Assembly (NCBI GenBank): GCA_964304625.1
Contig: OZ199838.1
Span: forward strand, 12,006,524-12,070,523
From: Kudoa neothunni
Taxonomy: Eukaryota; Animalia; Cnidaria
DNA length: 64,000 nucleotides
Direction of reading: 5' to 3'
Both the position numbers and the translations under genes were made by a program. Shown one piece after another: positions 52,703 to 64,000 of this stretch. The notes below the pieces were generated by a model, which saw only the letters and a program-made list of their open reading frames with translations, had not been told where the DNA came from and did not search any database. Positions within the stretch are counted from its first letter, which is position 1; the number at the start of each line of letters is the position of its first letter.

Positions 52703-55700
52703 GGCAGTGGCTATTGACACGCTAATGAATTTCTCGGCAATCATTAGATATTTTACATTAGTTAATTTCTAGTATTAATTAGTACATTTTTTCATACAAG
52801 ATTTGAAACTTATGATAAAAAATATTGAATATTAACATTATACCTATGAGCGTAGATTTTGGTATTTTCCATCCTTAATGCAACTATACAAGCTTCCAAC
52901 GCGCATTTAAACATTTAAGTGAGATAATATTAACTTTTTTTGAAATAAAATAAGTTCCTTTTAACTACAGAAGAGAAGTTTTAGTTGATAATATCATGTA
53001 ATTGGTTTGCGAATAGAGTAAGCTTTGATATGTAAATCAACATAATCATTATAGAATAGATAATCTGAATTTGATTATATTGTTTTATTTATTTTGATAA
53101 ATTTTCAATTTTTAGATCGTTTTCTTGACCATTTAAGAGCGGTTAATCCGTATCCTCTGGGTCTCCCAACTTCTTTTACTTTTTTGGGCAATATAAGATC
53201 TAAATAATAATTATTACAATAAAAGAAGATGCAAACCTTTTATTCCCAAACATTCTGTAGACTTGTCACCAGTTGAGTCATTTTGGGGCTGCGATGATTC
53301 GGGAGTTTCCTTTAGTTTAATTGGTGATATGGAGACTACACATGTTTCGGGCTGGTGGTTACTTTCAGACAAGCCCTTTATGACATTTGCATTCTCACCT
53401 AATTTAGTATAATTAACATCTGTAAATAGGTTTAAAAAGTTATCACTCTTACAAGGGGATGGTGACTCGACTATATCCGTATCTACATTGCATTCTGTGG
53501 ATGAATCAAGAATCTTTGCTGACTCTAAAAATAATCATTATGTCAGTAGATAATAATGTATATTTGTTAATTTCTTTAAACCGACTAGGTTATGGCTTTT
53601 AATTATTCTTTCTGAGGTTCGAAAATATTCTACACAGCAGTTGAAATATTCACCACAATATTCCGCAGCACTTGTTGCTAATTTGTCTATATACACATTA
53701 GCGGTTTTCATTCGCTTGGAAAAAGTTGAGAGGTTTTCCGAATTCTTCTTTTTTACTATAGACCCTGTTAAATTGTTTTTTACTGTATTTATTTTAGTAT
53801 TTTCTTTAATAATTTTTGAAATACGATCTTTTCTCCATCTTAAACGACACAGTTGGGGTTCGAACAGGGGCATCAATAATTTAAGTCAGAGCGAATATGT
53901 GCTGGCAGGGCAATTGGTAAGAACGATAGAAGGGGCACGTACAAGAATTTGAAGTGGAGTCATACTCTATTCCAACATTAAATTTATCTCCCATTTTTTT
54001 AATTTCTTTGGTTATTAGTTTAAAAGAAAATGATGTCAAAAGATCGCAGTAATTTCTTTCTACCTCACTCTCAATATTTAAACGCGTCGATTTTGACAGT
54101 TCTGTCACAATATGGCATGTCCTTTCTGTTCTTAGAGAATTTAAACGGTGAAAAATTTCTCAAAGAATTCATCTAATCTAGAAAATTTTTTAATGGTGGT
54201 CTTTAATTTGGAGTTGAGGCATGCCAATCTATTGTTTGTTAGGTTGTCGTAATAGTGTCTCGCATCACTCAAAGAAATTATCCATTGTGACCGAATTGGG
54301 TCCCAATTTTTTCTGAAATAATCGTTGAAGTCTTCATATTTGTGATTGTATAGTTCAGCAAGTAAGATTTGGTATTGCTCTTCGTTTTTCGAAAACATCA
54401 TTTTTCTAATAATATCTAAAATATTATCTTTGACTTCATTTTTTATCTTATATTTAGCAAGTCTCAATTGTCGCTGGAACGTCTGTATTACATGAAATTT
54501 ACAGAGAATTAATGTAGAATTAGTAAAATGATTTTTCAGAGCTTTACGAAGTTTTAAATCCTTATCAGTAACAATGGACAGTACTGATTGTTTTATCCAC
54601 AGTACAATTGATATTAGTTCATCGATATACCAGTTGGTAACAGCTTCAGTTTCCTCATACATAATGCAGGCACTACTTACATGAGATAAACCCATAGAAT
54701 CTTCTGAAACCGTTAGATACAGGGGAGCACTACAATTTAAGGAGATAAACATTAATAAAAATAGGTCAAATAAAACAAGATAACATTCGTAAAAATTACC
54801 GTGAATCTAGTAGTTTGTAGGTTGCATCAACTAAAAGTAGCTCTGGGAAAAAAGAAAAAACCTTCTTCATTTCATCATCCAGGAGTAATATTGCATCAAC
54901 TTGATTGTTTTCGTCAGCCAATATTCTCACATCACAATTATAATCAACGTTGAACAATTGATGAATATAGTTGATATCATTTATTTTATTCGACATATTT
55001 ATTTTGGAATTGTGTATTGATTTCAATGTAATTTTTTTCCCGGTCTCTTGTTGGATTTTAGATTGCAGCAATTTTTTGTTGACTCCCAAAGAAACTAACT
55101 CTGTATTAAATCTTTATTCTTATCCAATTTACGTTGCGGTGGCAAATAACTGAGAAAAATTTCATTTCTTGCGTGATTATGATCCAAATTCAAGGATTTC
55201 ACTTTAAGTGTTTGTCCATCGGGACTAATACTCAAGGATACATGAACCGGACAGTTTCCTTTTAAAGTCTGACATTGTCTTATACCTTTTGATCGGTATC
55301 GATACTGATTGCTAAAATAGCATACATATTTTATTGAACAATAGATTAAATCCTCATTGAACGCTTTAATGAGAATTCGCTTGATATTGCTAATTTTTTT
55401 GGAATCTCGCGTCATTAGGTTGCTGTAAGTCTTCTGTTCGTATAATTTTATGGAATCTCCAAGATGCTTAAATGAGGTAAACTTTTTCCCCACTTCAAAA
55501 ATATCAGTTCCTATGTTATCCTCCATCGCACTTGTTTGCGCAGGAGTTATCTGTGTAAAACTTAAATATTTCTTTTCAGCTAAGTAATTTACATTCGACC
55601 TGATAGTTAATGAATTATATTTGAAAAAAACTAACAATATGAAGTGTCATGAGTTGTTAGATACGACTTAATAAACATTAAACAGAATAAATTATTTGAT

Positions 55701-56125
55701 ATATAAACGAAATTAAATATTGGGTTATATGTTTGTATTACTAATTAATTTTGCAGACATCAGTGATTTTAAGCCATGAGGTCTTGATGCCTAAACACCG
55801 CTTACCTTTTCATTATGATAATAACCAACCTTGAAAATTTGAAACAAATTTCATCTTCAAGCATTATAACTTCTATAGTTAACATTATCTAACTTTATAT
55901 ATGCTTTAACGGTCCAATATTCCTTGATTACGTCAGCATTTACATGTGGAAAATTCAACGATGAGTATTTAATAGGAAATTTAAAAATTATTTAGGAATA
56001 ATTATGATTAAAAAATTAATGAATAGCAGAGATACAAATAATACAAGAATTTGGAGAAATTCATTAGCGTGTCAATAGCCAGTCCCGAGAAGGGATTATA
56101 CGCTAGCGTGTCAATAGCCACTGCC
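52703..56125 (-). mobile_element. Full-length Mutator-like (MULE) transposon with SWIM domain, pseudogenised
   Basis: TIR GGCAGTGGCTATTGACACGCTA at both ends. 9-bp TSD TTGTTTGAA / TTGTTCGAA. Motifs CP...HNH, LLVDATYK, IVTDKD, LCKFHV, TNNRL(A), SWIM CTCPFYRSYQLPCQH. Frameshifts; GT-AG intron at 54730-54799. Confidence 0.95.
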
Positions 56126-57301
56126 TTGTTCGAATGCTAAATTAAATTAGAGGTAAATGTGCCTTTGGGATTCGGAGAAATTCGTTCTTGTCGCAATAGA
56201 TAACTCGGTATGGGATTATAAGCTATTATGAAATGATAAAGATCACTACTAAATTATAACGTCATTCTAATTTATAATTGTACTGTATTTATTTAGAAAT
56301 TTATCATTCCTTAATGACTAACGACTATCACCGAGGTGTAAATACACCAGATAATTACTTAAATCTTGCGGAAACATTCCTTCTAATCGAATTTAATGGT
56401 GGTAAAAATTATAATACATTTGCATATAATAAATTTTTCTAATAAATCCTACTTAATATAATTGTTTGAAATTTTCACAAGTATCAGCACCTACGAAATG
56501 TAATCCGATGTTCACCTGGTGTAAAGTTGTATAAAGTTATCTTAAATATTGAATTATATTGTTATATCTTAGATTTCTAGTACTAATCGTTTTTAGTACA
56601 CAATATCCATGAATTATAAAATAATATTTCATGCGAATATGTGAATAATTAAACGTATTAGATAAAAATTCATTAAAATATGGTACAAATATTTGTATCG
56701 GTACATTATTATCTAATTGATAATTCCACATAAATCGACTACAAATTTTATTTTTCGATTCCTTGTTTTAGTCGATATTGTTTAAATAGTAAAAGAAAAT
56801 CAACTTCACTCTACTTTTGCTGTGAATATCACCCACTTTACTGTTACAGATACTAACTTATCTTAGATGATTTAACTTAAGAGTTTATCTACTCAGGTTT
56901 TAAGATTATTATTCTATCTAGTGATAATAGTCACACCCAAAAATAGCTATGTAAAATATATATGTTTGCGGTTTGAATGTGGTTAATAGTGCTTTTGCAA
57001 ATATAATAAAATCGTCGAAATTTTCCATGCCTCGAAAACTATCCCATGTGTTTCTGTAACACATTTCTAGTAAAATAAAATACCTGGGATTAAAATAAGT
57101 ATAAAATCTTGGATTATATCACATATAACAAATATACACAGTGGATTTAAATAAGTAGAACTCGTTTAGCGTACTTCATAACCGTAATCTTCTTAAATTT
57201 GTATCCGTGGAGTTTTTTTGTGAACCGTTGCTGACCGCTCACGTCATTTCAACGTTGCTTTATAACTATTGATTTTGACCACGTAGCTGTGCCAGGAGAG
57301 A

Positions 57302-57861
57302 ATGAGCAAACAAACGACAACTGTCACAACCACCACTACAATGAGCTCTGGAGGTTTCGGATTGATTTTACATCAAAAGGGTTTTTATGTAACTTGTGGT
57401 ATACTGCTGATGTCATTTTTGGTGACAGTTATTGGTGGAGCTAAAGGTTTCACCAATAGTAGTGATGGAGCTGTTATGGTCGTATTTAATGCGATTGCAA
57501 TGGTTTTTGCTATCATTGACCTTATTTTTCGAGGGATTAATGTCTATCCTAAACTCCCGTCCATCATGAAATCTGCCCTTCTCAATCTTATTATATACAC
57601 TGTTGCGTGGATATCATTTTTATCTATTTCGATAGTGTTCTTCTCGCGATACAATGTGGTTGTGGCAATATTTTGCGCTATATTCACTCTGATAAATTCA
57701 TTGTTGACATTTGTGTTTTGGGCTGTTTGGGTAAAAATGGCAGCAAGCAACAACACAGTAATTTTTTACCGAATTTTTTCATTTGTTATAAAGTGGTTAA
57801 GTCCGTAAACTAATTTGTTATTATATAGGTTCATTTTACCATGGATTCGTACCCCTTCTAG
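57302..57861 (+). CDS. Four-TM membrane protein, MARVEL-like, 2 exons (57302-57757, 57829-57861)
   Basis: Thr-rich N-terminus MSKQTTTVTTTTT and four TM segments. Splicing 57758-57828 (GTAATT...ATAG) gives C-terminus SNNTVHFTMDSYPF, matching the paralog's SNYVTFT. Confidence 0.8.
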
Positions 57862-58499
57862 TTGATATCAAGCTAATGAGGTTTGTGTTGGTTTGAAGTT
57901 TGACTTTCTCGAATTACCAACTCTAGTGAAGCTTTATTGCTTATGTTTACAGCAAGCTTACTTTGGCTTATTATAAAGTTGAATATTTCGAATTTCGAAC
58001 CGTATTTTTTATTGCAAATTGGTGCTAACCTCCCAGCTTTGCTTGATATTGCGAAATTTTTGCATTGAGATGTTATCAAAACACACACCAATCTTTTTAA
58101 TTAACCCATAGAACGGATTAAACCAAAAAATTTTAAATGAGCATATTTTCGCAATTATCATTATTAAAATTAAGATCATTTTATGGAGATCGTAAAGGCA
58201 GGGAAAGTTATGATCGGATGAAAACTTCAGACACCTAATTTCTGTTGCTCAAATTATTATCCCTTTCACGATATAAACTGTAATCGACACTTTACTACGA
58301 ATAGCAACGCACCCCCTAGTATCAGCCTAAATAATTTAAATAATTAGATGAGGCTATGTTCCAACTTCCGTATTAAATTCTATTGTTAAAAATTCGATTT
58401 TGAGGCTGACCTAAATGAAATTAAGAACACAGTCCTAAATTTGAAACCATCGGTAGAATTTTCAACGTGTACTTGTTGGGTCAAATGTATTAAAATACT

Positions 58500-60830
58500 T
58501 GTCAAGGATCCTATATCCATTAACCTCCATTATATACTGTCACATAGAGTTCAAACAAGTGACCAAAGGATAACGACGCGTACACATAGTCGGTAATATA
58601 ATTATGCCTTTTGATAAGGATGCTGTTTCTTCGCGCTCCGTAGCTATTGTAACATGTACAATGAAGGGAATAATAATATATTACGATTATTAATTACTTA
58701 TCGTATAAACCGTTTGACAGTTACAATTAAAAGTGTCTTCATTAGAGAGTAAATCTGTAAGAGTTCCCACAATATGGCACCTGCTGACGATAACATATCT
58801 GAAAACTCTGAAATCGTACTGTTATCATCGATTGAAAGCAAAATTAACATTGTTGCTGAACAAGCTCAGCTTCACATGAGGGATGAAACGAGCACTGTTA
58901 TACTGGGAAAATTGAGAAGAAAACTGAAATGTCTTTTCAATCTGTACAAGGAATATGTCTCAGAATTCCTTCAAAACGATTCGTTGAACGGTCAAACTAA
59001 TTATGAAAATTTTATCGACGATACGCAACTGTTGATTAATATGACTTGGATAAAATGATCCAAACTGAAGGGGCGAAATTAGTTACCAATTCGAACCTTA
59101 AACTTAAGTATGATAAATCAACAATGGCTGAAAAATCGCTCAGAATTCAAACAAATAAAACCAACGTGCAACTACCAACAATAAAATTGGAAAAATTTGG
59201 TGGTTCTCCTTGTAAGTGAGGGCAATTTTGGGAGAATTTTGAAATACTTGTGGGAAACTCAACTGAATTGTGCGATTATAGCAAGCCATGTTACCTAAAG
59301 TCAGTTCTTTTTGGCGAAGCGAAAAGATTGGTTATGGATATTGGTCTGGAGGTTTGTAACTACAAAATCACATGCGATATGTTGAAAGACCGATACGGTA
59401 GAGTGATCGATCTGGCGAAAATGTTGTATGATTAACTAAATCAATTGCTAATTACTTCGAATGATGCATACGACTTAAGATACACCTTTAACAAGATAAA
59501 ACATATTGTCAAACAATTGGAAAACCTTGAAGAAACCATTTCGGATGCTTTTATGGTTCCACTGATACTTTCTAAGTTTCCAGTTGCGTCTAGGCTAAAT
59601 CTCGAGGAACACAAATCGGTGGAGCATTGGTCAGTGAAATCTTTGGAGATAACGATTGAGAAACTCATACTTGCTCGTGAACAAGTGGACGAATTTGGTT
59701 ATAGAAACACTCCTAAACATTCGAATGATAATGTGATTGATAATTACCAAAAAACTCCTTCAACTACAAATAATTGTGCCGTTTGCTATAGTCTTCACTG
59801 GAGTGATGATTATAAAACTTATACTACTGTAAAAGAAAGAATGAGCAAATTAAAAGGTAAATGTACGAGATGTCCGAACTCACATGGAAATAATGAGTGT
59901 AATATGCGAAGAACCAGTTATCATTGGGAATCGAATAACGATCACAGAAGTCTGTGTCCAAGAAAACATAAATCTAATCTCAGCAACTTATATGTTACAA
60001 CAAATACTGCAAATGGGAATCGCAATACTGAATCTCAATTGTATATCAAAACTTATATGAAAATTCAATCCTCAAAAATTCACACATTTAGAACAAAACT
60101 GATAAATACAGAAAATCCAAAATTATATGTTATTGTTAACGTGGTGTTAGATTCGGGAACTGCATCCACTTATGTGAGAAACAACCGACCGCTTACCTAC
60201 TTTGATAAAGATTTAGTTCTTCGCCCAATAGTACCAAATGACTTCTTGATGTTGAATCCTAGACGTGACTGTATTGGACTAAAGAAACTGTCTGATATGG
60301 ATATTGATGAGTTAGATAAATCAAGACCTGAAATTATCAAAAATTGGAGAAGAGGTAATGGAATCCTTAGAAAATTTTGGAACCTATGAAAAGGAGAATA
60401 TCTATATAGTCTCAATGAATGATACATTAATTCTATTCCAAATCCTCAAAGGTTATCAAATTTGCGTCCTCAAGTGGGAGATGTAGTCATAGTCCAAATC
60501 GATCTTCCCAGGTAGAAATGGAAACTTGCGAGAATATCTGAGTTTTTCGAATCATTTTGAGGTGAAGTCACGTCTGCATTGGTTGAGGATGCTAATAGGT
60601 GCTTCAAAAGGTCCTTGATGTATTTATATCCTCTAGAAGTGAAGAATTGAGAGCCTGCCCAACTGTTTGGGGGAATATCAGGGATCCTATATACATTAAC
60701 CCCTCATATATACTATGAAGGGAATTATAATATATTACTACTATTAATTACTTATCATATAAGACGTTCGACAGTTACAATTAAAAGTTTGTCTTCATTA
60801 GGGCGTAAATCTATTAGTGTCCCCACAATA
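58500..60830 (+). mobile_element. BEL/Pao LTR retrotransposon, internally deleted (RT, RNase H and integrase core absent)
   Basis: LTRs 58500-58774 and 60676-60830. TSD ATACT / ATCCT. PBS-like TGGCACC after the 5' LTR and polypurine GGGGGAA before the 3' LTR. Gag (LPTIKLEKFGG..., degenerate CCHC knuckles), protease VLDSGT, then the Pao integrase C-terminus PNDFL...KFWNL.KGEYL...PQVGDVV...LYPLEV. Confidence 0.92.
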
Positions 60831-61255
60831 ATCCTAGTATAAGAATGTATTTGTGCACACACTCAAACGGGCACACCTCATATATACAGATAAATTAATT
60901 ATTTAAAATAACAGTTAATAATAGCATAAAATGAGAAAGTTTTAATTTCAAGTAACTACTACTTAAAAATAAGCAGATTTTAATCCTATTACCGACATCG
61001 AATATACACTTAACAAACATAAAACCAAAAAGATCACCAGTTTAAAAATTCTTTTGGAGCTCCAGGGGATTAAAAAATTAGAAAAAATTCTAAAAGATAA
61101 TAAACTATTAAAGTTTCTTAAATATTTGTTTATACGAAGAATTTTTTACTATACATGCATACTTAAGAGCACACACTAACATAACAGCCTTCTTTATATT
61201 ATAGCGAGTGGAGAAACGCAGTGGTTTAAAAAAATAAATGGTCACATCGAATTAA

Positions 61256-63320
61256 CCCATATAGACTCGGTGCCCTTTGTCTTTGAGTTACAGAGCTATA
61301 ATTTTACAAGTATTCTCAAAATACATTTGTGATCTACACATTTTTAAATAAAAATACTATTTTTATTTTTACATACTTTTTATCATGTTGCGTTAACGCA
61401 ACATATAATCTACATTGACCATAGGGATTAACGGATGAAATATATCTATAATCGTATACATATTTTTTTAAACAACACGCATGAAAATAGTAAAATAATT
61501 GAGTATAAGGTATTAGTAAATGAAGTTCGTTAAAATAAGTGGGGTGACACGGCAAACCACCACAATATTGGACTTGCAAATTTTTCATCTTGTCCCTTTT
61601 CATCCACACATCGCATCGCTCAATGGTTCTATCGCCACATAAATTGCGTGGAAATTGGAAAGATACTGAGAACATGCGTTTTCTGGTTGTATCGAATTTG
61701 ACAGTCAAAATTTGGACACCAGTGGTGTTCTTCGAAGCATAAGGGAATCCCCAGTGTCAGGATGGAGCAATTTAAATATTTTTTGTGAATTGAAAACTGC
61801 CATGCCGATATAATTGCAAAATATATTCCAATACCACTTTTTCCAGATATCAAAATTCTGTAGGTGGCGATAGCTGAAGCGAGGGAATCAACGCCAACCA
61901 TATAACGGTAAAAGCTGGCAACAATGTTTGGCATTGGAATATATACATCACTTTTATTACCCTTAGAATACCTTCTGGCATTCTTTATTGGTGTAATTTG
62001 AACAAAATTTGTTCCTATAATAACTGGCCTGGTATCGTTCCATTTGACCAACATCACTTTGTCGGTAGTGTACGATTCAAAGAAACCACGATTTTCTTTT
62101 TTGAAAACGGTGTCGCATGCAAATGGACACTTCATGGTCCTATTTTGTTGAATTGAACTGGTGGCTTCTATGTTTAAAGAAGACAGGTGGTTTAAAAATC
62201 CTATTGAGATGAAGAAATTGTCGAAACAAAACTCGTAGAGTCTAGGATATTCGACCAATTTCACAAAGTTTTTTACGACACTCCCACCTAGCTCCAATTT
62301 CATATCTAAGTTTGTTCCGTTTTCACAATAAATGTCTGTGATGAAAACATAGCCATAGTACGAATAAAGACGCCAAAATCTAAAACCAACTTTTACTGGT
62401 TAACATTTTATATACATTTTTGCGGAATGATGTCCAAAATAAGGTATCATTTGTTCGTTGATAGAGAGACGTCTCGAAAAGTAACCGCATCGTTGAAGGT
62501 TTTGGTTCATGATGTTTATATAATTTCTAACTTTAAACAAGCGATCATTTTTATATGCATCATCATCAGAAAATAAATTATTGTTGCATATGTGAATATA
62601 TTTTTTTATTTGTGTGAATTTTTAGTAGGATATACATTTCTTTACTGGTTTAACACCGTAATCCATACCTTCTTCCCAATACATTCGTTGCATTGGGCGA
62701 CGGTTATAACCACTCAATACCAAAATTCCGATAAAATTCATCAATTCATTTTTTTCAATATCAAAATCGTTATTTTGACCGGCGTATGTGACACTTTCTT
62801 TAATAATCCAATTTAAAACACTGGAGTCAACGAACAATTAAAAAATCTCGCGTTCGTCCATTGTAACAATCATGGGTTCAAATTTATCCAAATAAAAGTC
62901 ACAACTATCTAACAAATAATTAAGATGATGTATAAAACCCCTTTCGTTTATACCATTCGGAGAAATATCTGTATATCTATTGGATATACAGTAGTGGGTC
63001 GGTCGTATGTAATCCCCTTGGGGATGAGGAAATTGTACGTACTTTTTTACGCACACGCGCGAAAATATTAAAACAAATGACTAGTTATAACTTTAACATT
63101 ACTGAAAACAAGTTATTTTTTGTTTAAAAATACTATTTAAAATTGAAAAAACATAAAAAACAGAATCAGATATTAACCCCTGTTTCTTTAAGCCATGCTG
63201 TTTAAAATAGTTGTCAAGCTCTTCTAAGTAAAATAACGCAGTCTTTGTAAGGTTCATTATTTTATCAATAAAATCATCTTTCTTTTCTGAATCTTTGGAG
63301 AGAGGATGTCATGGCTCCAT
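61256..63320 (-). mobile_element. piggyBac (PGBD2/PGBD3-like) transposase pseudogene with one terminus
   Basis: TTAA-CCCATATAGACTC end at 61252. Motifs FIGILVLSGYN..P..RMYW, LSI(N)EQMIPYFGHHSAKMYIK, FDNFF, VKWND, YMVGVD and a C-terminal Cys-rich domain. Stops and frameshifts. Confidence 0.92.
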
Positions 63321-63720
63321 TGTTATTATTATGAATTAGGGAGGACACAATTATAAATCACATTACTGCATGTCTACAACATGTGTCTATGTTTATTCTT
63401 CGGTTTCTAACTTTCTGTCACACTTATGTAACTATAAAAACTGACCAACTGTTTAACTTTTGTAGGAAAAAAACGCTTAATTTAATCATGCGGTCAAAGC
63501 AAAAAAAGGTACGTACGACCGATCCATTACTGTACATAGATAATATAGATAGTAGATATTTGTGTGACTTTGTGTCGAAACCTTTCTATTGATATTTTTT
63601 AAATTCTATCCTTTATGTGATATAAATCAAACAATCCAGATAGATCTTCTTGAATTAAAACTTAATTTAAAATTTTAACTATATTTTTTATTTGTTTGAT
63701 TAAAATTGTGAATTCTTTAA

Positions 63721-64000
63721 CACTCATACTGAGTTTGGGGTCAAAAGTGGCCCCAGAGAAAAGTTCACTTATTAAAATCTATATCAATCAGCATGAAAAC
63801 ATCTAATTTATTGTTTTAAATTTACTTCTATATGTGTCATCTTTTAGTAAATAATATTGTTATTATATTTGAACCCATTGTGTTTTTATTCACATTTTGA
63901 CTTAAATCCACCTTCAAATGAGTTTGGGGTCATTTTTGACCCCAAAATAAACAATTATTTTAATACATTAATGATTCGACATAATAAATAAATTTAAATA
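63721..64000. mobile_element. Left end of another piggyBac-family element, running out of the window
   Basis: TTAA at 63717-63720 followed by CAC. Two palindromes GAGTTTGGGGTCA...CCCCA at 63736-63755 and 63925-63944, the same layout as the 43717 element. Confidence 0.7.

Noticed and set aside
1-64000. Prokaryotic features (CRISPR arrays, operons, rRNA) and the many TTG/GTG-started short ORFs in the track
   Set aside because: No spaced direct-repeat arrays or rRNA. The DNA is spliced eukaryotic sequence, and most short ORFs are antisense to real exons or chance AT-rich frames.

Overview
Very AT-rich, transposon-dense eukaryotic genomic DNA with many short (about 35-70 nt) GT-AG introns. It is not prokaryotic, so most entries in the ORF track are exon fragments or noise. 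The style (animal-type genes, tiny introns, a fast-evolving SORL1/LDLR-type receptor) suggests a myxozoan or similarly reduced metazoan; this is inference only. Host genes reconstructed by hand: a SORL1/SorLA-like receptor (VPS10 + 7 LDLa + FN3 + TM; 1751-12037 +), RNA polymerase III subunit RPC10/POLR3K (17844-18258 -), an AIF1/Iba1-like EF-hand protein with an apparent 1-nt frameshift (23764-24426 -), S-adenosylmethionine decarboxylase (34385-35732 +), and two paralogous four-TM MARVEL-like genes (46567-47070 - and 57302-57861 +). The rest is largely decayed or non-autonomous elements: piggyBac, three kinds of hAT, MULE, Merlin, BEL/Pao, and probable Helitron and Tc1-like remnants, several with identifiable TIRs and TSDs. 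The most interesting signal is at the AdoMetDC locus. Its leader carries a weak-context uORF ending Lys-Lys-Pro-Pro-stop just before the main ATG, plus a second uORF ending Asp-Thr-Ser-stop that overlaps a splice donor; together these are a candidate polyamine-sensing translational switch. The enzyme itself has substitutions at conserved substrate- and putrescine-binding residues and a long insertion.
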